From positions 1 through 42,558 of the IMG/VR virus record IMGVR_UViG_3300048599_000899: a stretch of DNA of 42,558 nucleotides; one strand, given 5' to 3'. The DNA is from a virus (Duplodnaviria; Caudoviricetes). Positions 1 to 7,459 of the stretch are shown piece after piece. Each line of letters starts with the position of its first letter. Positions within the stretch are counted from its first letter, which is position 1. The notes below the pieces were generated by a model. That model saw only the letters and a list, made by a program, of their open reading frames with translations. It ran no database searches and was not told the origin of the DNA. A program made the translations under genes and the position numbers.

Positions 1-265
1 GCGGGCACCGACCAGGCTGGCACCGACCAGGCTGGCACCGTCCAGGCGGGCTCCGTCCAGGCGGGCTCCGTCCAGGCGGGCTCCGTCCAGGCGGGCTCCG
101 TCCAGGCGGGCTCCGTCCAGGCGGGCACCGTCCAGGCGGGCACCGACCAGGCTGGCACCGACCAGGCTGGCACCGTCCAGGCGGGCTCCGTCCAGGCGGG
201 CTCCGTCCAGGCGGGCTCCGTCCAGGCGGGCTCCGTCCAGGCGGGCTCCGTCCAGGCGGGCTCCG
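1..265. repeat. 15-bp tandem repeat (about 17 copies, e.g. gcgggctccgtccag and variants)
   Basis: Directly visible; encodes the pentapeptide units on the minus strand. Confidence 0.95.
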
Positions 266-402
266 CTGGCGAATGCCGCCCGTGCCGCCAGCCCCAGCTT
301 GATCGGCTGCGGCGCCAGCGGATCGCATTCGATCGTTACCTTGATCTCGCCAAGCCAAGACCAACCGGGCCGGCGCGGAATCGTGAAGAGTTCTTGGGCC
401 AC
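1..402 (-). CDS. Pentapeptide repeat protein (3' end runs off window)
   Basis: Not in the ORF track; read by hand. GTG at 402 with GGAGG RBS, MAQELFTIPRRPGWSWLGEIKVTIECDPLAPQPIKLGLAARAAFASG, then tandem A(R/S)L(D/V)G units. Confidence 0.9.
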   Translation of the reverse strand, partial: MAQELFTIPRRPGWSWLGEIKVTIECDPLAPQPIKLGLAARAAFASGARLDGARLDGARLDGARLDGARLDGARLDGASLVGASLVGARLDGARLDGARLDGARLDGARLDGARLDGARLDGASLVGASLVGAR

Positions 403-427
403 GGCGGGCCTCCCTAGAGTCTGAGGA

Positions 428-553
428 TCAGCGAAGTGCGTAGATGCCGGCGCCCATCCACCAGACGATCTGGTGAAGGCCTGCGGCGAGGATCAGGAGC
501 GTCACCGCCTCGAAGGCGAGACGCACCAGCGGGGAGGGCGAGGGGCGGCGCAC
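428..553 (-). CDS. Small (41 aa) putative membrane protein
   Basis: GTG overlaps the TAG of the upstream gene; MRRPSPSPLVRLAFEAVTLLILAAGLHQIVWWMGAGIYALR has one hydrophobic segment. Confidence 0.6.
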   Translation of the reverse strand: MRRPSPSPLVRLAFEAVTLLILAAGLHQIVWWMGAGIYALR

Positions 554-924
554 TACAGCATCCCCACCAATTCATCGTCCCGGCGCCGGTCGCGCTCGTA
601 GTCGATGTCGAGTGAACGCTCAGCCTCTTGCTCCAAGGCCGAGGTATGAAGATCGGCCTCGTCGATCTCCGCCAGGATTAGGTCCTGCAGGTCATCATCG
701 CTCATGTGGCCGTCAAAGCGGTCCCAGGGGCGGGTTTGCCCATCGATCTTGTCGACACGAATATCGTCAATCTCGTCAGGGTCGGCGGGCAGGCCGCCGT
801 GTGCGTAGCTGGGTGGCGTCTCTGGCCGGCCCCAATGCATCGCGAACGAGACCTCAATCTCGAACTCGGCGGTCGGTATGTCGCCGCCGAAACTCACGCA
901 GGTGTGGTGGGTGTAGCGTCGCAT
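553..924 (-). CDS. Hypothetical acidic phage protein
   Basis: Coupled (TAGATG) to the upstream gene in the leftward operon; protein-like composition. Confidence 0.8.
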   Translation of the reverse strand: MRRYTHHTCVSFGGDIPTAEFEIEVSFAMHWGRPETPPSYAHGGLPADPDEIDDIRVDKIDGQTRPWDRFDGHMSDDDLQDLILAEIDEADLHTSALEQEAERSLDIDYERDRRRDDELVGML

Positions 925-1416
925 CTAAGCCGCCTCCCGCACCGGCTGCATCAGCAGCTCAGCCAGGGCCAGCCGGGCTTCGTCGGCGTCAGCGCCAGGG
1001 ATCGCGTGCAGCGCCTCAAGCGCCACGCCGATCTCATGCTGAAAGGTCGGCCCGCTCGGATCGAACTGGTTGGAGCGATGGAAGGCCTTACGGGCGATGT
1101 CCGCCTCGTAAGCGTACATCCCGTCCGGCTTCTGGAGGTTCGCAATCGCCTGGATGAACCGGCCCCGCGAGGCCTCAGCGAAGCGCTTGCGGATGTTGAA
1201 CGCGACCTTCGCCGCGGTCAGCAACTCCTCCTCGGAGCGCACCTTCGGCTGACGCAGCGGCGCCGAGCCCGAGAACCCAACCCCGCGCCGGCGAGCAGCC
1301 TCGCGCTGGAAGTCCGCGACCTTGAACGCATCGACGTCGCGCTGGCGCTGAAGCTCGGCCGCAAACGCTTCCGCGTCCTTGCCGCCTACAACCGAAAAGC
1401 TCGTGGTGTCGGACAT
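925..1416 (-). CDS. Hypothetical protein, first gene of leftward operon
   Basis: ATG at 1416 (MSDTTSFSVV) after an AAGGGGAG RBS, just downstream of the left operator cluster. Confidence 0.8.
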   Translation of the reverse strand: MSDTTSFSVVGGKDAEAFAAELQRQRDVDAFKVADFQREAARRRGVGFSGSAPLRQPKVRSEEELLTAAKVAFNIRKRFAEASRGRFIQAIANLQKPDGMYAYEADIARKAFHRSNQFDPSGPTFQHEIGVALEALHAIPGADADEARLALAELLMQPVREAA

Positions 1417-1440
1417 GTCCGTCTCCCCTTCGATAAGGAG

Positions 1441-1470
1441 AAAAAAGCATAAATGCGGCACCGTCGTCAA
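1441..1470 (-). promoter_or_regulatory. Putative leftward promoter (PL-like)
   Basis: Minus strand TTGACG-N16-GCTTTTTT, flanked and overlapped by operator palindromes. Confidence 0.55.
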
Positions 1471-1519
1471 CGCATAAATGCGGCAAGCGCCGCAAACATT
1501 CTGCACACGCATTCTTGCG
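1446..1519. promoter_or_regulatory. Left operator cluster (three (C/A)GCA-N4-TGCG sites)
   Basis: AGCATAAATGCG 1446-1457, CGCATAAATGCG 1471-1482, CGCATTCTTGCG 1508-1519; the same motif recurs three times between cI and cro. Confidence 0.8.
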
Positions 1520-1971
1520 CTGTGCGGCGAACAGCTGGATGTTCTGCGGGTGTTCTGATTCGTCAGAACGTCGAGGGGCGAGCGGTTCCAGCGCCCGCCC
1601 CCTCCTGAAGCCGGTTGCGCGGCTCCCGTCTGCTAGACGTCCAGATCGTAAAGGGCGTCGCGGTGGCGCACAATCCAGCTTTAGGCGCCCCGATGAACCG
1701 GTCGGATTAACGGCAGCGGCGCGGGGTGCGAGGCAACTGTGGGAACCGGCCTAGCCCGAGGGGAGTCCGAAAGGTGGAGCCCCGGTCGGCAGCGGATGCG
1801 CCGCTGAAACTCGCCACCAACCGCATCCTCGGCGTCGGGTGATGTGGGCCTGTAAGCGGCGGCTGGCTCCGAGGGTCAGAAGTCCCCAGGCTGGACCTCC
1901 CGGGTCGGCTCAGGCTGGTCCGGGAGTAGTCCTATGCCTGCTTCGCAACAACTTCACCAAAGGTCAGTAGG
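1520..1971 (+). ncRNA. Candidate structured non-coding RNA / cis-RNA region
   Basis: No convincing ORF. Consecutive hairpins at 1552-1569 (UUCG loop), 1573-1604, 1609-1624, 1636-1659, a cc-GAAA-gg loop near 1767-1774, 1790-1806 and 1897-1926. Boundaries and strand are uncertain. Confidence 0.45.
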
Positions 1972-2685
1972 TTAGAAGCTACTGAAGCGCCGGATCTGGG
2001 AGACGACAAACCCGGCGATCCGGACGGTCGTGTCCTCGTCATCCTCGCCGCCGCTGACAACCAAAGGCTCGCGATACGCGGGATTGTTCGATCGCGGCCA
2101 AAGCTCAATGCTCCGGCCATTGAAGGCGACCTGCTTCAGGCTGACCTCAATCTCGCGGCCGCTAAAGCGAACGCGCTCGGCCTCGACGACGTCTCCGGGC
2201 CGGGGTTGATAGCCGCTATCGATGACGTCGATCACATGGACCAGGTCGCCCTCAAAAATTGGGCCGGGCCGGTCGAGGGCGTTCATCGAGTCACCTACCA
2301 CTTCTGAAAGCCATTGCTGGGCGCCAGGGAAGCGGGGGTCGCGGCTCGCGGGGTAACGCTTTGGCTCTACCTGCCCGATGTCATCGACCTGCAGCCAGGC
2401 GCCAGCCTGGACGCGGCGCCTTATGGGCAGGCCCGATGCGTCGGGGCGGCCCGGCAGGGCCAGCGTCGCGCTCGGCGAGTCTGAGAGCGCCGGGGGCGCG
2501 ACGCCGGCAACGCTGGCCAGCTTTGCAAGCGTTCTGCTGGTCGTCACGAACTCGTAGTCCGGCTTTATGGCGCGCTGGACTGTCGACGGGGCGACGCCGG
2601 CCTTTTTGGCCCATGCGGCGGGTGTGATGCCCTGTTCGGCAGCTGTGGTTGTGAGCCAACGGCGGATGATTTCAGCGGGTTCCAT
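1972..2685 (-). CDS. cI: CI-like repressor (N-terminal HTH + S24 peptidase domain)
   Basis: HTH (AWAKKAGVAPSTVQR), AG cleavage site in VQAGAW, catalytic Ser (VGDSMN) and Lys (SLKQV); divergent from cro. Start moved to ATG 2685 because the longer ORF overlaps cro. Confidence 0.93.
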   Translation of the reverse strand: MEPAEIIRRWLTTTAAEQGITPAAWAKKAGVAPSTVQRAIKPDYEFVTTSRTLAKLASVAGVAPPALSDSPSATLALPGRPDASGLPIRRRVQAGAWLQVDDIGQVEPKRYPASRDPRFPGAQQWLSEVVGDSMNALDRPGPIFEGDLVHVIDVIDSGYQPRPGDVVEAERVRFSGREIEVSLKQVAFNGRSIELWPRSNNPAYREPLVVSGGEDDEDTTVRIAGFVVSQIRRFSSF

Positions 2686-2690
2686 GACGG

Positions 2691-2764
2691 CCGCATCTTT
2701 GCGGCACGCACCCCTCCATAGGGAGCCGCATGAATGCGCTTGTAAAGACAGCATTAATGCGGCA
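2691..2764. promoter_or_regulatory. Right operator cluster (three sites)
   Basis: CCGCATCTTTGCGG 2691-2704, CGCATGAATGCG 2727-2738, AGCATTAATGCG 2750-2761 between the divergent cI and cro. Confidence 0.85.
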
Positions 2765-2768
2765 TCCT
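2740..2768 (+). promoter_or_regulatory. Putative rightward promoter (PR-like)
   Basis: TTGTAA (2740-2745)-N17-CATCCT (2763-2768), 7 nt before the cro ATG; one operator lies in the spacer. Confidence 0.5.
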
Positions 2769-2775
2769 TCACTTT

Positions 2776-2985
2776 ATGTCCGACCTCATCTCTGAACTTG
2801 AGCGCGAATGCACGGAAGCTGGGGTGGCCCCCACAGCGGTTCTCAAAGCCGCGAATGTCCACCCGTCGCTCTGGTGGAAGTGGCGTTCGGGTCGGGTGTC
2901 GCCGACGCTGAAGAGCTTCGAGGCGGTGCGCGGAAAGCTCCGCGAGATGGCCGCCAACGCCCACCCCGACACGAAGGCCGCCTGA
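2776..2985 (+). CDS. cro: Cro-like HTH regulator
   Basis: 69 aa HTH (LKAANVHPSLWWKWRSGRVSPTL), divergent from cI. Confidence 0.85.
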   Translation: MSDLISELERECTEAGVAPTAVLKAANVHPSLWWKWRSGRVSPTLKSFEAVRGKLREMAANAHPDTKAA

Positions 2986-2987
2986 CC

Positions 2988-3176
2988 GTGGCTGTGGGCA
3001 ACGAACACACCGATGCGCCGCGCCCCTGGTTGGCCGCGTTGAACGCGCTGGTGCGGGCTGCCATCGTCATCGGCCAGTCTCGGCCGGGCGCCGACGTTGC
3101 ATCCATTGAGCTCGACCTTGATCCGATGATCGAGGCTGTCGTCGTTCTGCGGGAGGGCGGGACGTGTCAGTCGTGA
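2988..3176 (+). CDS. Hypothetical protein
   Basis: GTG 2 nt after the cro stop; MAVGNEHTDAPRPWLAALNALVRAA... Confidence 0.55.
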   Translation: MAVGNEHTDAPRPWLAALNALVRAAIVIGQSRPGADVASIELDLDPMIEAVVVLREGGTCQS

Positions 3177-3451
3177 GCCGGATTGTGGAGAGTTCGCCCG
3201 TCGGCCGACGTGTACCACGACTGGCTGCAGCCCGTGCACTTGCCGACGTACATTTGCCTGTTGGACTGATTGCGAACCGTCGCGTCGAACGCGACGCGTC
3301 CCACGCCGCATTTCACGCAGATGGGGCGTGGATCGGTCTGGGATTTGGTCGCTTCCGCAAGCAACTTCACGCGGCCCGGCATCGCGAACAGGTCCGCGAC
3401 CCAAGTGAAAATCTTTGCGACCGCGCCGAAGGAGGGAAGGGACGGTTCCAT
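3167..3451 (-). CDS. Small zinc-ribbon protein, antisense to early operon (start may be 3598)
   Basis: CVKC...CTGC pairs; locally lower GC. Confidence 0.6.
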   Translation of the reverse strand: MEPSLPSFGAVAKIFTWVADLFAMPGRVKLLAEATKSQTDPRPICVKCGVGRVAFDATVRNQSNRQMYVGKCTGCSQSWYTSADGRTLHNPAHD

Positions 3452-3598
3452 CAAGCGCAACCATTGCGCGCCTCCGATCTCCTGTCGAGCCGACAACACC
3501 TCTCCAGCGAGCGTAGCCTTCCCCAGGACGCAGGTGCGTACCTCCTGCGTGCTCGCTGCGGCGCCGGCGGTCCAGCCATGGCCGTCGGCGCCACCCAT

Positions 3599-3814
3599 TC
3601 AGCGTCGGCCATCGGTCGAGCAACTGCGGGGCGTCGCCCCTTCGCGCTGTTGCGCGGCGCGGGCCAGGTCGCTCGAGAGCCGAGCTGCTACCGCGCTCCA
3701 ACGGTCCGCCATTCGCTCCCAGCCGGCCGCTCGATCCGGGTGGATTCGTGCGTCGCTGCGATAGCGGCCCGCAAGCGCTGCCGCCGTGATCAGGGCGTTG
3801 GTGAGCCTGTCCAT
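3599..3814 (-). CDS. Hypothetical protein, antisense to early operon
   Basis: AAAGGAG RBS 6 nt before ATG 3814 (MDRLTNALITAAALAGRY...); helical-looking sequence. Confidence 0.6.
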   Translation of the reverse strand: MDRLTNALITAAALAGRYRSDARIHPDRAAGWERMADRWSAVAARLSSDLARAAQQREGATPRSCSTDGRR

Positions 3815-3887
3815 GGGCCGCTCCTTTCGGCGTGGACCATCGCCGCTACGGCCAAGCCGGTCATCTGGACAAAGGGGAGGGCGGTCC

Positions 3888-4307
3888 ATGACGCCTCGTG
3901 AGCATGCCCGCTGGGCCCGCGCGCTGATCCAGGAATGCGGGGGGATCGACGAGGCCGCGGCCGGCGATTGCCCGGTCGGTCGCTCGAGCCTCTCGAACTA
4001 CCAGAACCCGAATGTCGACGCCTACATGCCGGCGCACGTCATCGCGTTCCTCGAGGCCTACTGCGGCAAGCCGATCTACTCGCGCGCGCTGTTCGAGCAG
4101 CACCAAGCCGTTGTGGCCGCCGCGAGCCTTCGCGATGAAGCCTGCGAGGCGGTCGAAGCCACTGCCCTGATGATGGGCCAGATCCGTCTCGCCACGCAGG
4201 ACGGCGAACTGACGCCCAACGAGCGGGATGCGCTCGCGAAGTTCCACCGTAACGCCGAGGACGAGCTTCGGCAGGTCGGTCACCTCATCAACCGCGACGC
4301 GGGCTGA
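3888..4307 (+). CDS. CII-like phage regulatory protein
   Basis: GGGGAGG RBS; ALIQECGGIDEAA...VGRSSLSNYQNP...MPAHVIAFLEAYCG pattern; position downstream of cro. Confidence 0.7.
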   Translation: MTPREHARWARALIQECGGIDEAAAGDCPVGRSSLSNYQNPNVDAYMPAHVIAFLEAYCGKPIYSRALFEQHQAVVAAASLRDEACEAVEATALMMGQIRLATQDGELTPNERDALAKFHRNAEDELRQVGHLINRDAG

Positions 4308-4359
4308 ACCGCCACCCGGCCGGGGCGGTGATGTCCGGCCAGATGCGAAGGAGGGCCTG

Positions 4360-5055
4360 ATGGCCCAAGCCGACGAAATGCCGCGGGTCCGCGGCGCACT
4401 GAAGCCGGAGGAGCATCGCCAGCTCCTCACGCACCACATGTCGAAGCTTCGGGCCAAGCGTGCCGAGGTCGAGGAACTGAAGGCGCCGGTGAAGGAGGCC
4501 CAGGAAGAGTTCACGGCCCTCATCAACGAGGCCAAGGCCGACCTTGGGAAGGGCTATACCCGCAAGTACCTGACGACCTTGCTGGAAGACAGCTCGACGC
4601 GCCTGCGTAACCTCCTCGAGGAGGAGAACCGGCGAGCGCGCGACCGCGAGGCCCTGGGCCTGCCGGTCTACGGCCTTCAAGCCGACCTGTTCGACAACGA
4701 GCAGACCGCCAAGATGCCGGAGGAGGCCAAGGAAGAACGGTTCTGGGAAGCCCAGGGCTTCTTGCTCGGCCGTGAGGGCAAGCTCAACGTCATTCCGGAC
4801 GGCTGCCCGCCGCGCTTCCATCAGACCGTTTTCCGCGCTGCCGAGAAGGGGCAGGAGCTGACCCAGGCCGACTTCATTGCCGGCCAGGAACTGCGTCAGC
4901 GCCAGGCCACCCCCGAGGCGACCGAAACCGCTGACCTCGCCGGCTCCGACGAACCCGACCAGGAAGAAGTTCTCGACGAGAAGGTCCGCAAGCTGAAGCG
5001 CTCCGGCTTCATGAAGACCGGCGGCGACGCCGACCAGCAACCGGCGGCCGCGTAG
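4360..5055 (+). CDS. Putative GapR/DUF2312-like DNA-binding protein with C-terminal extension
   Basis: AAGGAGG RBS; N-terminal coiled coil ending in INEAKADLGKGY, then ALGL...QADLF. The resemblance is distant. Confidence 0.5.
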   Translation: MAQADEMPRVRGALKPEEHRQLLTHHMSKLRAKRAEVEELKAPVKEAQEEFTALINEAKADLGKGYTRKYLTTLLEDSSTRLRNLLEEENRRARDREALGLPVYGLQADLFDNEQTAKMPEEAKEERFWEAQGFLLGREGKLNVIPDGCPPRFHQTVFRAAEKGQELTQADFIAGQELRQRQATPEATETADLAGSDEPDQEEVLDEKVRKLKRSGFMKTGGDADQQPAAA

Positions 5056-5511
5056 ATGCGTAAGCCGGTCATCCGACGCAGTTCTCCGAGCGAAACCAGC
5101 ATCCACCTCACGGTGGCCGGCTACCTGCGTCGCGCGTGGCCGGCGCATCTGCCCTGGTGGCACACACCTAACGGCGAAAAGCGGACCCAGAAAACCCGCA
5201 CGAAGGCTGACGGAAGTGTCGTCACCTATTCTCCGGAAGGCGGGAAACTCAAGGCCATGGGGGCTCTGGCTGGTGTCCCCGACCTGATCTTCATCATGCC
5301 CGACAAGCAGATCGCATTCATCGAGCTGAAGAAGCCGAAGGGCGGTAAGGGCCTCTCTGACGACCAGATCAAGTTCCGTGACCGCGTGCAGGCCATCGGC
5401 TGCGCTTATGTGGTCTGCCGCTCCGTCGAGGACGTCGAGGCCACCATCACCCGCTGGCTGCGGGTCTACGACCTCGTGCCGACCGCCACCATCCTTCGGA
5501 GGGCCGCATGA
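5056..5511 (+). CDS. VRR-NUC family nuclease / Holliday junction resolvase
   Basis: WWHTPNGEKR...AGVPDLIF...FIELKK...LSDDQ...VCRSVEDV (PD-(D/E)xK). Confidence 0.9.
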   Translation: MRKPVIRRSSPSETSIHLTVAGYLRRAWPAHLPWWHTPNGEKRTQKTRTKADGSVVTYSPEGGKLKAMGALAGVPDLIFIMPDKQIAFIELKKPKGGKGLSDDQIKFRDRVQAIGCAYVVCRSVEDVEATITRWLRVYDLVPTATILRRAA

Positions 5512-5963
5512 GCACTCCTGTCACAGATCGTCGCCGGCAGTTGCGCCGTGACGTCGAACGCATCGCCGCCCGGGTGGCGCGGCGGCGGCATGTCGATCTA
5601 GCCGACCTGCTCGGGTCGAAGCGTGGCCACGAGTTCGAAGTCGCTCGCCGAGCCGCGATCCGGAAGATCGCCGCACAAACGGGCTGCACCGCGACGGAGT
5701 TGGCTTGGGCCTGGGGCTGCGGCTTCGGGATGGTCCAGCGGGCTCTGGAACGCGCCACGCCGCACAAACGGGCTGCACCGCGACGGAAGGCTGAGGCTCC
5801 GCCACAGCCGCCAAAGACCAAGCCTGTTTATGACGATCGCACGGTTGACCGTCTGCATTGGCAGTACGGACCGGTGCGCACCCTCGACATCCTCAACGGA
5901 ATTGACCCCGCCACGAACGCGGATCTCGCGGCGTGGCGCAGACTTGGGAGCGCCTTCGCATGA
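5508..5963 (+). CDS. DnaA C-terminal-like HTH protein
   Basis: VARRRHVDLADLLGSKR...VARRAAI...TELAWAWG resembles DnaA domain IV. Confidence 0.65.
   Translation: MSTPVTDRRRQLRRDVERIAARVARRRHVDLADLLGSKRGHEFEVARRAAIRKIAAQTGCTATELAWAWGCGFGMVQRALERATPHKRAAPRRKAEAPPQPPKTKPVYDDRTVDRLHWQYGPVRTLDILNGIDPATNADLAAWRRLGSAFA
5669..5787 (+). repeat. Exact 30-bp direct repeat cgccgcacaaacgggctgcaccgcgacgga
   Basis: Copies at 5669-5698 and 5758-5787, period 89 bp. Confidence 0.95.
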
Positions 5964-6559
5964 GCGGATGGACTGACGAACGCGTGGATGCGCTTAGGCA
6001 ACATTGGGCTGGCGGGCTGTCGGCGTCGGAAATTGTGCGAAAACTCGGCGGCGACGTTACGCGCAGCGCCGTCATCGGAAAGGCGCACCGGCTTGGCCTT
6101 CCGGGGCGAGCGAACCCCTCAACGCCGAAGGCGCGGCCAGTGCAGTCGACGCTTTTGAAAGCGCCGCCGGTGAAAAAGGTCCGCGGGCAAAATGCCGGCT
6201 TGAACTTCGGCGCCCGCAAGTTCGGAGAGGCCGCCAAAGCGCCGCCGATCATCTCTGACAATGGCGCTGTTCACGAAGCGCCAGTGCAGCGAGCGCCGCT
6301 GGTCGTTGTCTCGTCACTGGCCTGGAAACCCCTCCCAGGCTCGACCCCAAGGCCCTGGACTGAGCGTGGTCGCGGCTGTCACTGGCCTGTTGATGTTGCT
6401 GGCGCCGAAATCCAGCATTCCTGCTGCGAGCCCAAGGACGAGGACCAGCGCTACTGCCCTGCTCATCGCGCAATGGCCACGTCAGCGAGCCAGCCTGCCG
6501 CCACCGCGAAGGGCCGCGTCAACGAGCTCATCCGGGCTAATCGGAGGCATGCGGCATGA
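5960..6559 (+). CDS. gcrA: GcrA family cell-cycle regulator
   Basis: WTDERVDALRQHWAGGLSASEI...VTRSAVIGKAHRLGL N-domain and CHWP...C...YCPAH C-domain. Confidence 0.95.
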   Translation: MSGWTDERVDALRQHWAGGLSASEIVRKLGGDVTRSAVIGKAHRLGLPGRANPSTPKARPVQSTLLKAPPVKKVRGQNAGLNFGARKFGEAAKAPPIISDNGAVHEAPVQRAPLVVVSSLAWKPLPGSTPRPWTERGRGCHWPVDVAGAEIQHSCCEPKDEDQRYCPAHRAMATSASQPAATAKGRVNELIRANRRHAA

Positions 6560-6900
6560 GCAGCACCCGGCGCCGCAGTCGCCGCAACCTGCAGCCCAAG
6601 ATCGAGGCCATGGCCGCTCAGGGCGTCTCGTCACGCACCATCGCGTGCCACCTCGACTGCAGCCTTTCATATGTCGAGCGAGTCCGTGGGCTCGCCCATA
6701 CCGCGAGCGAGCTAACCAACCGCGATCCATCGACCCCGAAGTTCGCCCAAGACGATGACCACGTCGCCATGGCGATGGAGCAGGGCGGTTTCTGCGCGCT
6801 CTCCGAGCGCCGGGGCGTACAGGGCAACGTGTTCGTCTGCCTGCCCCTGGTGTGGCCGATGGATAGCGCCCGCGCCCTAGCTGAGAGGCATGCCGCGTGA
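6556..6900 (+). CDS. HTH-containing hypothetical protein
   Basis: GVSSRTIACHLDCSLSYVERV; ATGA overlap. Confidence 0.7.
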   Translation: MSSTRRRSRRNLQPKIEAMAAQGVSSRTIACHLDCSLSYVERVRGLAHTASELTNRDPSTPKFAQDDDHVAMAMEQGGFCALSERRGVQGNVFVCLPLVWPMDSARALAERHAA

Positions 6901-7241
6901 GCCGTCCGATCAGCAATCCCTATGGCCGAGGCTTCCGCGTCAAGGAGCATATCGACCGTGGGCGCACGAAGGAGGCGCGGCGCGCCCGCGATATCGAGCT
7001 GGAAGGGCGCGCCCGAGAGGCGGTGCAGGCTGTCCTCGATGGCTGCATCGACCAACTCCGCCCTGACCTCTCGCTCGCGCTGATCGACGCGACCGCGGCT
7101 GCCGCTGGTCGGCTGCACGACCCTGAGACGGTCCAGGCGCGGTTGGGCCGAGCCGCCCATGAAAACGGAGCCGCCATCGTGCCCCAGGCCGCCCACCACG
7201 CCGCTGTCGCGCGGGCGCTGTTCAAGGGGAGGGCGGCGTGA
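6897..7241 (+). CDS. Hypothetical protein
   Basis: GTGA overlaps at both ends within the operon. Confidence 0.75.
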   Translation: MSRPISNPYGRGFRVKEHIDRGRTKEARRARDIELEGRAREAVQAVLDGCIDQLRPDLSLALIDATAAAAGRLHDPETVQARLGRAAHENGAAIVPQAAHHAAVARALFKGRAA

Positions 7242-7459
7242 CTCTGCTCGGGACGACTCCAGAAACCGACGCCGCTATCTCGCGTGGCCACTCCTCTCTC
7301 GTCCATCTTGAAGAGGCCGGCATCGAAAGCCGCTTCGAGAGCATGTGCCTGGCCAGGGGCTTCGCCTACGCCACCGAGCGCATGGAGGCTGTTCGCCAGC
7401 GCGTCCTGCAACGCCTCCGTGAGGCTGGCTGGGCCGATGCTGAGGAGTGGATCGGATGA
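7238..7459 (+). CDS. Hypothetical protein
   Basis: RBS and 4-nt overlaps with neighbours. Confidence 0.7.
   Translation: MTLLGTTPETDAAISRGHSSLVHLEEAGIESRFESMCLARGFAYATERMEAVRQRVLQRLREAGWADAEEWIG

Noticed and set aside
1-265. Possible CRISPR array or iterons
   Set aside because: The units are contiguous 15-mers with no unique spacers and translate as pentapeptide repeats; no cas genes are present.
706-1452. Long + strand ORF, and similar long opposite-strand ORFs elsewhere (e.g. 17852-18892, 22215-23252, 30384-31505)
   Set aside because: These are shadow frames of real genes, expected in high-GC DNA; they have no motifs or RBS support.
1440-2775. CtrA boxes (TTAA-N7-TTAA) in the control region
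   Set aside because: Only isolated TTAA half-sites (near 1707 and 2754) were seen; no full site by eye.
2686-2964. N-terminal extension of cI in the 1972..2964 ORF
   Set aside because: It would run across the operators and antisense through cro; the HTH begins right after ATG 2685.
5669-5787. att core sites
   Set aside because: The copies are only 89 bp apart inside a gene, with no integrase or tRNA nearby; kept only as a repeat.
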